DNA of 64,000 nucleotides from an uncultured bacterium (GTDB lineage Bacteria; Verrucomicrobiota; Lentisphaeria; Victivallales; UBA1829): NCBI GenBank assembly GCA_902802585.1, contig CADCMR010000012.1, positions 229 to 64,228 of the forward strand, read 5' to 3'. Shown piece by piece: positions 39,201 to 41,783 of this stretch (position 1 is its first letter; each line of letters starts with the position of its first letter). The notes under the pieces were generated by a model. It saw only the letters and a program-made list of their open reading frames with translations, ran no database searches and was not told where the DNA came from. The position numbers and the translations under genes were made by a program.

Positions 39201-41511
39201 CCTGCAGACTGCCGCGGAAGAAAACGGCGAATACAGACTGACCGTCGCAAAGGACAACTACGTCTGTGTCGAGGGTTCCTCTGACATCTCCGCCCACGAG
39301 TGCAATCCCTACACGCTCTCCATCAGCGACGCTGCGCAGACCTACCTGAAAGCCGTCCTCTTCGGCGTCCTTCCGGAAAAGCCTGTCGTTTCCGGCGAGT
39401 TCAAAAACAATCAGGTCACCATTTCTGTCTCCGTGGATCCCGGACTGAAAGCCAAGTATTCCACCGACATGAACACGTGGGAGGAATACTCCGGTTCGTT
39501 TGTGGTTACGGATAATGGCCGTTATTATTTCAAGGCCGTGGACGAAGAGCTTTCGCTGGAAAGCAGCTTCGTTTCCTACCTGGTCGAAGGTATCGACCAT
39601 GTCGATCCGACACTCGTTGGAATCTCCGCCGATATTACGGCTCCGACCAACCAGGACGTGGTGGTTACAGCCGAATTCACGGACAATCTGGCGGTGACGG
39701 CCCTGTTCTACAAGCTCGGCAAGGATGGCGAATGGATCGAGTACGTGGACGGTGTGACAGTTACGGATAATGTGACCGTGTTCTTCAAGGCGAAGGATGC
39801 CGCCGGAAACGAATCCAAAACCGCCAGCTACGAGGTCACGAACATCGACAAAGATAAACCACTCATCGAACTCGTCGGCGACAACACTACCCCGCTGCAG
39901 GCAAGCACGCTCAGCGCGAGTACGGAAGCCGGTCTCGACATCTTCTACTCCACGGACAACGAGACTTGGACGAAGTACGAAGGTCAGCTTGCAGTTACTG
40001 CAAATGCCACGTACTACTTCAAGGCAACGGATGCCGCAGGCAACGTTGGAACAGCCGAGTACAAGTTCACAAATATTGATACTACAGCACCGGAAAAACC
40101 TGTCGCCTCCGCGGATGTTACTTCGCCGACGAACGGCAATGTGATCGTTTCCGCCGTGTTCAGCAACGACAGCGTTATGAAGGAATACTCTCTCGACGGG
40201 GAGAACTGGCAGGCTTACCCGGAGGGCGGCGTGATCATTATTATCAACAGTACGGTCTTCTTCCGCGGCGCTGACGAGGCAGGAAACTTGTCTGATGTCA
40301 CGGATTACCTCGTCAGCAATATCGACAAGACCGCGCCGACGGCTCCGTCCGGCTTGCAGACCGCGGTCGCCGACCAGACGGTCACACTGAGCTGGACCGC
40401 GAGCGTGGACGGCCTCGCCGGAGTGAAGGAGTATATCGTGAAGTATTCGCACGCCGGACAGGAATTCTCGCTCACGACCGCAGGGACTTCGCTCGTGCTC
40501 GAAAACGTAGACTTTGCCACGTGGCAGTGGAGCGTGACCGCAGTCGATATCGTCGGCAACGCGTCCGAAGCGGTCGCGGGTGAAGTGTTCACAGTGGAAG
40601 AGGCGGTTGGACCTGAGCTCAAGAAGTTCAACCTCTTCACCGGGTGTTTCGCGGGCGGCACGCGGGCAATGTTCGCAAACGAGGACAAGGGTATCGTCAC
40701 GGTCTACGCAAACGGCACGGTCTGGGGCACGGAACTCGTGCTTGATCCAGGCTGGAAGATCGCCGGCGTCGGCGACTTCGACGTGAACGGCCAGGACGAC
40801 TTCCTGCGCGTCAATTCCGAAGGCTATGTGGTCGGCGAAAAGACGCAGGCAAACGGTACGTTCTCTCCGCAGGTGCTGAACTTCTTGAGCTTCGGCTGGA
40901 GCATTCTCGGCACGGGCGACTTCAATGGCAACGGCTCGGACGATGTGCTGATCGCGAATCCGACCGCCGCGTCCGAGACCGTCGGACTGCTTGGCTACTG
41001 GGAAAGCGGCGTGACCTGGACGCTCATCAACGGCTATTCCGCCGAGTGGGAAATGATCGCGACCGGTGACTTCAACTCCGACGGCAAGTGCGACATGCTC
41101 TGGCGTAACGAGTTCGTCGGCGCGGGCGATTTGATCTATAATGCGTATTGCACATGGATCGTCGATCCCGAGCCGGGACAAACCGACTGGCGCATGGTCA
41201 GCGTCGCCAATCCGGCGGAGTGGAACTTCCTCTGCGCAGGCGACTTCAACGGCGACGGCGCGAATGACATCGCCATGATCAACGACGTCGGCGTGGTCGG
41301 CATCTGGGGCGTGGAAGACGGCTGGCTCAGCTCGTGGTCCATCCTCAGCGCCGTCGATACCTCGGCATGGACGCTCGCCGGCGTCGGCGACTTCAACGCC
41401 GACGGCACGGATGATATCGCCTGGTGCAACACCGAAAACGGTCAGGTGGGCGCATGGCTTGTCAAGGACAAAGAACTCAATTCCTGGCAGGTGCTCGCCA
41501 CGCTTTCATAA
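17074..41511 (+). CDS. Giant (8,145 aa) mosaic repeat protein: AIDA/Ag43-like beta-helix repeats, novel modules, PPC domains, C11 peptidase, Ig-like, FN3 and FG-GAP propeller
   Basis: Single stop-free frame of 24,438 nt. The SD AAGGTG lies 7 nt upstream of the ATG. Repeat and domain motifs are coherent along the whole length, and recognisable domains sit in the same frame at the C-terminal end. Confidence 0.9.
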   Translation: MIYTVSSGITSDGVLLQTGYDSMTIQDGGTATNTVITHGKMIVYDGGVISHTDASGLWSYIYVTYNGQANDTVLASSASLYVNVGASANRITLNTRGIAIVSSGAFASDVTIGESAFLHIRDYGVASGIVVNSRGKLCVSGGGSAYGVVASSGCELNFVVAKDTCVECVHDGNALVIESGSLTEQTIRNSCTVVISSGGTVISNVVSSGGTVEFFDGGTGRDNTLLKDGTFNVSSGGAVDNTLISGGLLNVRSGGVANSTTIEATSNWSSGLKVWSGGSATHTTVNSGGSFQVYTEGTIYDMTINSGGQGLVSSGGIVSSMTINSGGCFNVQGGQVENVLVGSGGKLGFGIVLPYNSSTGSGVLKGIEAASGAILNLGVAESGYIEGTYAGSGFEIKDGFVSGYSIDSACTLAISSGCSAENTTVESAGSMIVSSGGTAKSTVVSNGSMFVSNGGVASAVFFNGGRFEVYSSSFVEDVIFSGGNFNIYDYAIANRVSVLGGGLSIRGSATDVVLDGGICTIPWNSPGTILGIVVNPKATLSVSRGGHVEGITENGGYVQIADSTTVTFLHHVIPELILSSGESATLHSGTTATSAVLSGGKMYVYSGGMPERTTISSGMVYFLGADAGNVEIFSGGYLELVSGGVANDTVVNGGSMSVQEDCSVIGCAIYSNGTVTINNRGQVRDAVLQGGVASLSGGVLINAEADEGARVIVNSGGMVDGLTVKAGTTLNVYNGVAVNILEEGGWIDVYENGALTIVPHAAQYGTLSSGRSASVHSGTTALDATVDGGWLHVSSGGIASGARIENGFLLVSSGGMAFGNVLKNGNLIVSNGGTASDTTLLGGAFDVRSDGIVDNVIISAGHIAVDSGGTANNLTMLTGYVFGQNGGHFSNVVLSSGSMVAGLDTCMSDVFVSNGAMLYLTSGVTVENMTVFSGASVSIGSGASVNNLTLSSGGTLFLQGNPAITNLDWTPFAGRIKTENYSGISYVREYSGVYYGSSECLVSHAGQLDSVLVDNQDSMYVMSGGKATDTTVLRDGRVFVSNGGELDGIQLSDMGCVSVFSGGIVNNAVLSSGWSARVQVFSGGIVNNASAFDGGTVVVSDGGTANQTTVARNGGILVSGGIANDITVLFRGTFRVDSGSASGIVVSSGGTGVVGSSGLISAVSGGGTIVVYDGGTVSGIVVSSGASLCVSNGGTVLDLDWTPLETTLEIANSANVVFASSCCFVYHCSSGSILSRASTLESTVVASSEIMYVLPGTNVDNITVESGGRLVVFSGGSATNILSEPGEGTIFTYRNAHVTFAGHASGVYLGSSGVCLSSAAVVSDRVVASDETMYVMSGGTANNITASGASVCVYGGVADSINAVRAGDNARTSGVVIVSSGTVNNVFLSYGGILDVFDGGTANCASAFYGDVTVYSGGTANDTNVSSYRSITIKSGGTANNTFIGYGATMLISGGSAVETFLSGNMLVSGGASVENTSVYYGRINVYSGGTVNDTLLVYGGLTVHDGALVSGVVFSNDGAIYVSSGGSATGINASGGRVYVYSGASIGTIFENGGYVELEDGAEVTFGSSLLSGETFNSLTTIHSGTTAQDVQVTNSTLVYSGGRIESAVIHHGHLFVYSGGIVVNPSLDYGANVYISSGATCTDISIHTGTLNVCPGAIVSRITLSGGRFTVSSGGIVNDVTVSSYVSMTVADGGEANNVLVDGYGGNVTVKNGMLLNATVSRGGITVLAGGECSNAVAVDGGRINVSRGGILTETDIRSNAGLTVWSDGQANSITVRDGGTLEVSAGGVAKEVKMENRCKIDVKRGGSIDSVFVSSGCSIVVSSGASVMNIIEGGGWVEVQSGGVATFASHAIDDLILNSGARTAIHSGTTLNRVTIGSGASLFICDGGLVRDIVLCESGSLLLESGGSADGITVSEYCSFTIPSGAVVTGIQEDGGWVEVQDGASASFISANLEGMVLSSGQSATVHAGTTMTSGTVAGGGCLKVIAGGEIHETEVLKDGKLSLDDAGIVSNSFLNGGKLEVSAGGIADGIAVNSGEFVVSTGGSVNDILVTSGGSLTVLSGGTVTVLKENGGYVDIQDGAEVVFLPNTISGREVSSANATVHSGNTAVDLVIGSRGQLFVCDGGSAVVTSITYGTLNILEGGKAFTPVFSYYGSMNVNGGEIYDAILSGGRTTILNGGVAYAPQVFMYGKLDVSSGGIVSSLHGQGGSINVYDGGLVTNARLTSSAAGITVFCGGVVNDTAISFYGRINVSSGGIVNRVRGGNLKVFEGGFLESAESVVSLTVNVGGLVSNVSLNGSGNIYGTACVLQAGSYASLVLSGSEAFADSVTLNKGGFMYVYDNASIQDLTIQYGGTLSAYDATGLTNTTIKSGASINGFKTEEDFFNESGLYLSSLVITSGQYANLYNGFSVKDVTIKPGGCLTIESGGNVENLIVSSGAVLYYKDYASASNILFEQNALVNNTRLIASMYVDDLESMVVSSGYNGNLSSGQTATDLFIRDYLYVQSGASANRIHVSSGAILSFSSGAQLTDVTISSGASLNGIPLNRNMYFESMDQYVLSNIVVGSGRYGNLYSGQSAVGAVVERTLNVARGGMVVDTVVSGYGYLGVGGSARNVILAGGSAAALYSGVLENVEIRSGAILYVSSGGSATVVFNPWQGLTDLSEGAFIKFLKRDANVYYGAGQSGIVSKSDSMGQLNILSGNTAIVYSGGILSGYINSTGTLQLLNGGTVSLLYSPWETDVSITVEDGATLERIGRDAKVFYGGNATGVLYKTDKLQDFTVSAGNSAIVYSGGSADGIHVRADANMIVEEDGVAENLYINENGALFVSSGAVATVNYNPWGGVVITEDGAEVTLYERDALVYCGGAETGFLQKADSLYHYSISSGNSVIVYEGGVADYTIVNDSGTIEILSGGSAEIVFNPWHGEMIVAEGGTITHLDREYDVYYGGLESGLLSRGNEMENMEIASGNSAIVYSGGVLRDVTMGSSGFILVSNGGLLSGAYLSGGTAGSSGYSPSSSGGEMVLVKEEGIISSVQVLDGVKVCVSGMVYDVVLSDGKTSSPSLLQLQGSGYADHVVVNERGLLDLTAASLAKDITVNWDGSVSVSGGVASSITVNENGSLTISYGTAVDLNVSSGGKLYLSANAVIQSSLLKQGAQFNSFTFMQDNQIDNTMIFSSLLVDYKVSAVLYENQMAWDIAVSSGGKVLFRNDAKASGVHVSSGAYLEFWSRASVTNLVLDSGALFQNITLANEETYQSLDQVVIHGGTMTAPDLDWRSPDIYASLYAGQTANDILVTPKTFLVLSSGAKAYRTVVSGGFRVSSGGNAFDAFVAQGGSMDVSQGASLSGAQVRGNLHIFNGAREVSDVHILSGGALVDPTLRWGDTVTFESGAYLIGTVSNAANLDLAGGVNVQYADITMNFSQRETGFDAMFSDISCLNDKDMSLLVDSLQAYGEYRIGGNASNYNGTITVKLSSGETCGQLSLLNPSLSYDINEYVLSLNAADELCLTITSCIPDNSEILVYKSGQLVESVHSAYEYTLPDEGHDHMFVVSNAVVERTEVKSGGMLTVLKGGSAEETIVSGGTMRVLNGGSASMVDMYGGTARLIVIGGKVENLSGGNILVTDSGIIEDSVVGGVTVQNGGKVISAVVHGGNVSSGGLLESVGLNDRVSVFDQGVVKDGSAWGLLYVMQGGVVSGMEVTQSNWWGGGFGSVFLSGGRAVDTVISKGAMIVSNGGIAINTDLEARQYKWHTSYSDGMWVSSWGPEGYMTVDSGGLASNTRIAGGLIAVLDGGLTEKTEISLNGIQVVSNGGIAAGTVLTAGGNLFVSGGGLATDVREQQHGAVVVSRFGQVSDATVDKYSLMLVSSEGMVEDVDVKSGGKLYLRNGATLTGRLRTEKGSVVLAYDGATINFELSKASPDSPLINDLGAVSGNPDYSVTVSADLETGVYLLAGGVEHFDGTITVQDDLRRYGSVSLGQSVKYGWNTYSLVLDHGILSLTVAGNEELAPADGDPLFQTTVYDAKAYAGETIVVSNMYSYYETKIYDRGLLQVESGGLAEGALLNKGGGLTVLGGGSALNTQITGSARMDVMDGGVATDIDMKTGVVYVSGGEVHGVSGGSLHVTRNGLATDVTRARVTLATGGRLVSGTVTRAVVSSGARLESVSITEGGAVHGGGLTLDMTISSGTVSVLSGGCASRTLIRNIRQEAYMVVSGGIADGIDVEGGTVFVSSGGSALNAELKRVFYKENRIIYVLSGNMYVAGLASDNLITGGIQHVLKGGSAEGTTVCSDGRQVVSNGGKAVSMTLTRGGRLSVSRGGIAEDVRADLHAAVVAERYGKVDTLELNEYNMTVVSASAAVTDARIKSGAELYLHRDAVLGGHVELENGAFVMAYDGSVVDFDLSRANGETPLFNNLGLIRGNPGYTLTVTGDAAPGRYLLADGADGFGQSITVRSDLMRYGVLTVGTSLDVGWNTYSLNLEDGILSLSVTWNAEEVSTGEIIVRKTVYDAVIHTSETFNIASGFTYCETTVESRGYLIAANSTTASETRISGGGRMAVLSGASVGHTYIGSNGLMEVLSGAEVHSVMLERGGTMSIANASASDVSGLSNLSLGSDGYLSATDNAVVTNARNVYAVLTSGARIVSGSLNGAVVSSGCALESVTLTGNVSILGNATIVDNVMTGAWYATHVNVYGDGFALRTTVKDGTMLLFGGMAGDTVIENGILFVSSGGTASGTEMRSAAGTMAVCEAGYASGTTILGGTQFVSSGGVAERTSISSHGSQSVVQGGLASDTTLDRGGRIVVSHGGRAENVHAAGNGAVVVSRQGLVKDAVVDAFNMMVVSRGGRASDVTVRAGGELYLYKESVLGGHLSFEDGAVVSAYEESVINFELALANASTPLVNNLGMIMGVPSFTVTADADTADGVYLLAGGAEDFDGVITVYCETTQCGVLSVGNSLACGWKTYALSRTDGSLVLSVTSNDIWQEPVEEEPEPEEVETIVSSGSQVSSAETLVWEKTGEVLRVAGGAILKDTEIPWGGTLILEKDAKLQGTIRLGTDVRVEGIVDAEKAKIELDISKRKEEYGIQIDNIVYLEALSYSVLVSPDQNKGEYILAGNAESFEQEITVRNTAGTVCGTLKMSQGFGYLDYDITRYTLCMDENNNMVFIVGSTITNEAEYVLLYRNNRLVLAKESGYNLLISTKRSKYDQMILLDKGYADQIRVENNGLVIIEKGATLIVSNLDKTGRLRFDYAEGDNTVIKGLNAYGSFFACDNVLENVQGEYVTVTGHVFMRDYHGLGQLTTRDGVELTGMAENGYYSFSGTWIHDFTMWNFLTCTFESGTVVQNTEWIQHNPRTYVFIKDESVFENTVFNCPKTDFMIYGGTFSEVTFNVLVGVVGYVRATGDLHFLVGVGGSGIIDMFGHTATMNYTTRDEDCDPMINLELFSEDSVFQIDMTRNQPIGTYALSKGFRGPYNICVDGEIIGTIDDDRLSFVHDLYSYVADKSGRVTIDIADDSDGTYTYVWYDTQNEIYHAASASDFTIGQDLYPEMIVRKEGDYLKRMVLDWEGMLKVRTGGQVIELDQRKNGRIRFNYTENDSTYITGINPYGSFFVKDNVLENVYGENVTVSGNISIRDYHGYYNLDSERVVKCGTLRTENGVSITGTFGGGSYSINGSFLKDFVLEEPDTIGIEFRQSWLERGELDGGSFNFLSGATATNTIFNTDGAFNGGSTVSDSVFNSGVLFSGGTISVANIVINTGYTLGAFRTDHVLVDMKGDITLNCAGSFQWDTCINVNGHTVTVNYKDRTVTDRGMFSVSNFSEDVNFRLLFQKDQKIGTYTLAYNAGSFVDYFLINIGGVDTEELSFENTEMDYGNYHYVISHDVETQLIKLTIDVSEKADETFNVYYWDSTEEEFYHSASVEGLVFAQDDYHSLIVRNHGIVRRSELNKGGIITVYAGGEVLDLEQRTDGKLRFDYAQGDATIINGIHSYGSFFVENDRMENVLGDVVSVNGIHVDSYHSVSGGTLTTYASDVTGVFTGDGTFIFNGGSIHDLEAYDGGCIIQNGTLVDQSKFYVDYVVSCADCYVENTTFAYGVNRRVTNPHVSLGGGTYSEVVVTADWIVSGSIDLDGDITFRTGGSINNSPWNSSAIQGNGHTVTLDISNRDLLDRAMTNIDRIYNAELRIVVDQKQPVGTYIIGSYAANIGQGDAKGAYNWDTNKWDYKGDVIGDLDGVISVYDVNGIELANCTVNGDTEYFGRNNYTVFVDSEGYLRLKIGWNNREKVNYKADALESNDTRETATEITGSGAGQLSGLTIDSESDVDWFKFELGSFGRKSSFIGIDFKQWPGDLDINLYNSDGELIDYARSVTNDERLSLSGRTAGTYYLKVYGCTSNTNTYKLVYDLPVPIELTDDYETGDDKEHSYFLKRLEEQITVNANISRGDDQDYYMFILPEKGLVSDVITLNYDDEYGDLDLYLYDQNGKTLLLSSTNISGGQERISLAGLKHGVYYAAVKSKDGSVGRYELVFDVNDRDVNPDKYENNNSMKKATKLYTLNGGKTLDGLSIHSETDVDYYSFSIMEKGSSDDFITLSSIASLGDLDIEILNADGDVVAYSRTAENEDTVSLKGLDAGEYFIRVFGYNNVENNYSLSWHVTNSSLIPSDEYEGYEPILINGDQTISGLSIAKVREEDETREDTFRIVLAHDAWKRSKIILTDYRSDWEDGISYVIKDADGTVLMEGVDSEISLYELEQGEYYLTLDAPNEDEYSEYTLIAQNMPDSDIAKDNTWSIFIYMAGDNNLEGAFLQELLYMQKAILPENVEVYVLLDRSPENAVAERNWTDTRVGKIRHSNGGAVAVQWMYFYGVDTDTYMNTHNLELKQEWDTGDVATLEAFLDWGMKVGRADNYALIVKDHGTSLGYNCTDETSGSIMSIDQIADLLRKDKYDDLSVVAFDQCLMGSDVVITTMEGTVDYVVASEAVGYTPNWLVMYKVLLNSFETEMTPREVSQKIVEACNCSGLKDLTMASFQSENHTLSDALNQFGELASEFTFGDWVTLCKCYSKVYNYGDEICAYSDLGSILKMVKGYHETISSTLLDAVNTLYDVVMNDVIDSTLITPSAYGSGLAVFNPVLSNPMMAMYGYGADNTLDYYATEIGQSAWGDYQYKLSKLAEECTSYLSEQSGRLSFTDYTYIYDFENDEIAVSYDLGAFSGNGVTYEGLYIDRTACFELSLIQPGEENDAIVITADNPDAEITAYLWQQFIGSPNPTIRRISVNGVLSLTGIDHQRARSGESYTLYITSTEETTYTMKFVGDWTSGVDYFDYSRTGSISPLAAGNNSIDKATSLASGNYGGLVTCAGDKDYYRILSVYANEIDVTVKGTDLVVREFNAEGEILQTAAEENGEYRLTVAKDNYVCVEGSSDISAHECNPYTLSISDAAQTYLKAVLFGVLPEKPVVSGEFKNNQVTISVSVDPGLKAKYSTDMNTWEEYSGSFVVTDNGRYYFKAVDEELSLESSFVSYLVEGIDHVDPTLVGISADITAPTNQDVVVTAEFTDNLAVTALFYKLGKDGEWIEYVDGVTVTDNVTVFFKAKDAAGNESKTASYEVTNIDKDKPLIELVGDNTTPLQASTLSASTEAGLDIFYSTDNETWTKYEGQLAVTANATYYFKATDAAGNVGTAEYKFTNIDTTAPEKPVASADVTSPTNGNVIVSAVFSNDSVMKEYSLDGENWQAYPEGGVIIIINSTVFFRGADEAGNLSDVTDYLVSNIDKTAPTAPSGLQTAVADQTVTLSWTASVDGLAGVKEYIVKYSHAGQEFSLTTAGTSLVLENVDFATWQWSVTAVDIVGNASEAVAGEVFTVEEAVGPELKKFNLFTGCFAGGTRAMFANEDKGIVTVYANGTVWGTELVLDPGWKIAGVGDFDVNGQDDFLRVNSEGYVVGEKTQANGTFSPQVLNFLSFGWSILGTGDFNGNGSDDVLIANPTAASETVGLLGYWESGVTWTLINGYSAEWEMIATGDFNSDGKCDMLWRNEFVGAGDLIYNAYCTWIVDPEPGQTDWRMVSVANPAEWNFLCAGDFNGDGANDIAMINDVGVVGIWGVEDGWLSSWSILSAVDTSAWTLAGVGDFNADGTDDIAWCNTENGQVGAWLVKDKELNSWQVLATLS
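25003..26010 (+). repeat. Four tandem 81-103-aa repeats with an (N/S)PW motif
   Basis: The NPW/SPW codons sit at 25039, 25282, 25591 and 25837. Each unit reads roughly SGGSAxVxxNPWxG...EDGAxxxxxxRDAxVYYGG...SGNSAIVYSGG. Confidence 0.75.
27604..31992 (+). repeat. Three macro-repeats of about 484-492 aa (beta-helix block plus a ~110-aa capping module)
   Basis: Unit ends are read at 27603, 29079, 30540 and 31992 (...LSLTVAGNEE / ...LSLSVTWNAEE / ...LVLSVTSND). Conserved strings are xINFELSxAxxxxPLxNxLG, GxYLLAGGAxxFDGxITV and GWNTYSL. Confidence 0.75.
32563..35880 (+). repeat. Three tandem 340-380-aa modules of unknown family
   Basis: Units start at about 32563, 33594 and 34735. The shared string is DxxGRLRF(D/N)Y(A/T)EGDxTxIxGxNxYGSFFxxDNxLENVxGExVTVxG...DYHG, preceded by an xYHxASxxxF segment. 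Confidence 0.7.
35884..37350 (+). other. Four tandem PPC-like (bacterial pre-peptidase C-terminal type) beta-sandwich domains
   Basis: Each ~120-aa unit has ND/NN...A..L, a D.D(W/Y)(F/Y).F motif (SDVDWFKFEL, DDQDYYMFIL, TDVDYYSFSI), GDLD(I/L).LY and G.YY..V.G....Y.L. Confidence 0.65.
37390..38500 (+). other. Clostripain-like peptidase C11 domain embedded in the giant protein
   Basis: WSIFIYMAGDNNLEG...YVLLDRS...LIVKDHGTSLG (His codon 37765-37767)...VAFDQCLMGS (Cys codon 37891-37893). This is the order and spacing of the C11 His/Cys dyad. Confidence 0.7.
39370..40345 (+). other. Four Ig-like beta-sandwich repeats (about 85 aa each)
   Basis: Units are bounded by NID(K/T)xxP and contain (Y/F)SxDxxxWxxY...xxxFxAxDxAGNxS, for example IFYSTDNETWTKYEGQLAVTANATYYFKATDAAGNVG. 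Confidence 0.65.
40333..40600 (+). other. Fibronectin type III-like domain
   Basis: APSGLQTAVADQTVTLSWTASVDGLAGVKEYIVKYS...WQWSVTAVDIVGNAS. Confidence 0.6.
40625..41508 (+). other. C-terminal FG-GAP/VCBS-type repeat propeller (at least 5 blades)
   Basis: GVGDFDVNGQDDFLRVN, GTGDFNGNGSDDVLIAN, ATGDFNSDGKCDMLWRN, CAGDFNGDGANDIAMIN and GVGDFNADGTDDIAWCN. Confidence 0.8.
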
Positions 41512-41541
41512 CAAGAACTATCCCGTTCTGAACCAAAATCC

Positions 41542-41575
41542 GCCCCGACACACACAACCGTGCGCCGGGGCTTTT
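41542..41575 (+). terminator. Possible intrinsic terminator after the giant gene
   Basis: GCCCCG...CGGGGC followed by TTTT. The loop is long (18 nt), so this is weak. Confidence 0.35.
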
Positions 41576-41783
41576 CCTGAAAATGTGTAAAAAACACATA
41601 AAGGTTTTGCCATGAACGGATCTTTCGCGAGCGGAAGCAAAAAAAATGTTATTTGTTAAAGCATTGCTTGAAAACGGTACAGGGACGTGATATATTGTGG
41701 AATGAACGTAATAATTTCAAACCATAATTGAGGTTGAAACCTCCAACGGAGCTTCAATTCCAACGTCATTAAAGGTCTTTCTT

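Noticed and set aside
19924-41181. Very long ORFs antisense to, or out of frame with, the giant gene, for example 19924..21588(-), 28261..30807(-), 32464..33951(-), 35245..37830(-) and 38080..41181(-).
   Set aside because: Their products are Arg/Gly/Ala/Val/Asp-rich with no motifs. They lie entirely inside a frame that carries coherent repeats and recognisable domains. They are typical stop-poor shadow frames of GC-rich coding DNA.
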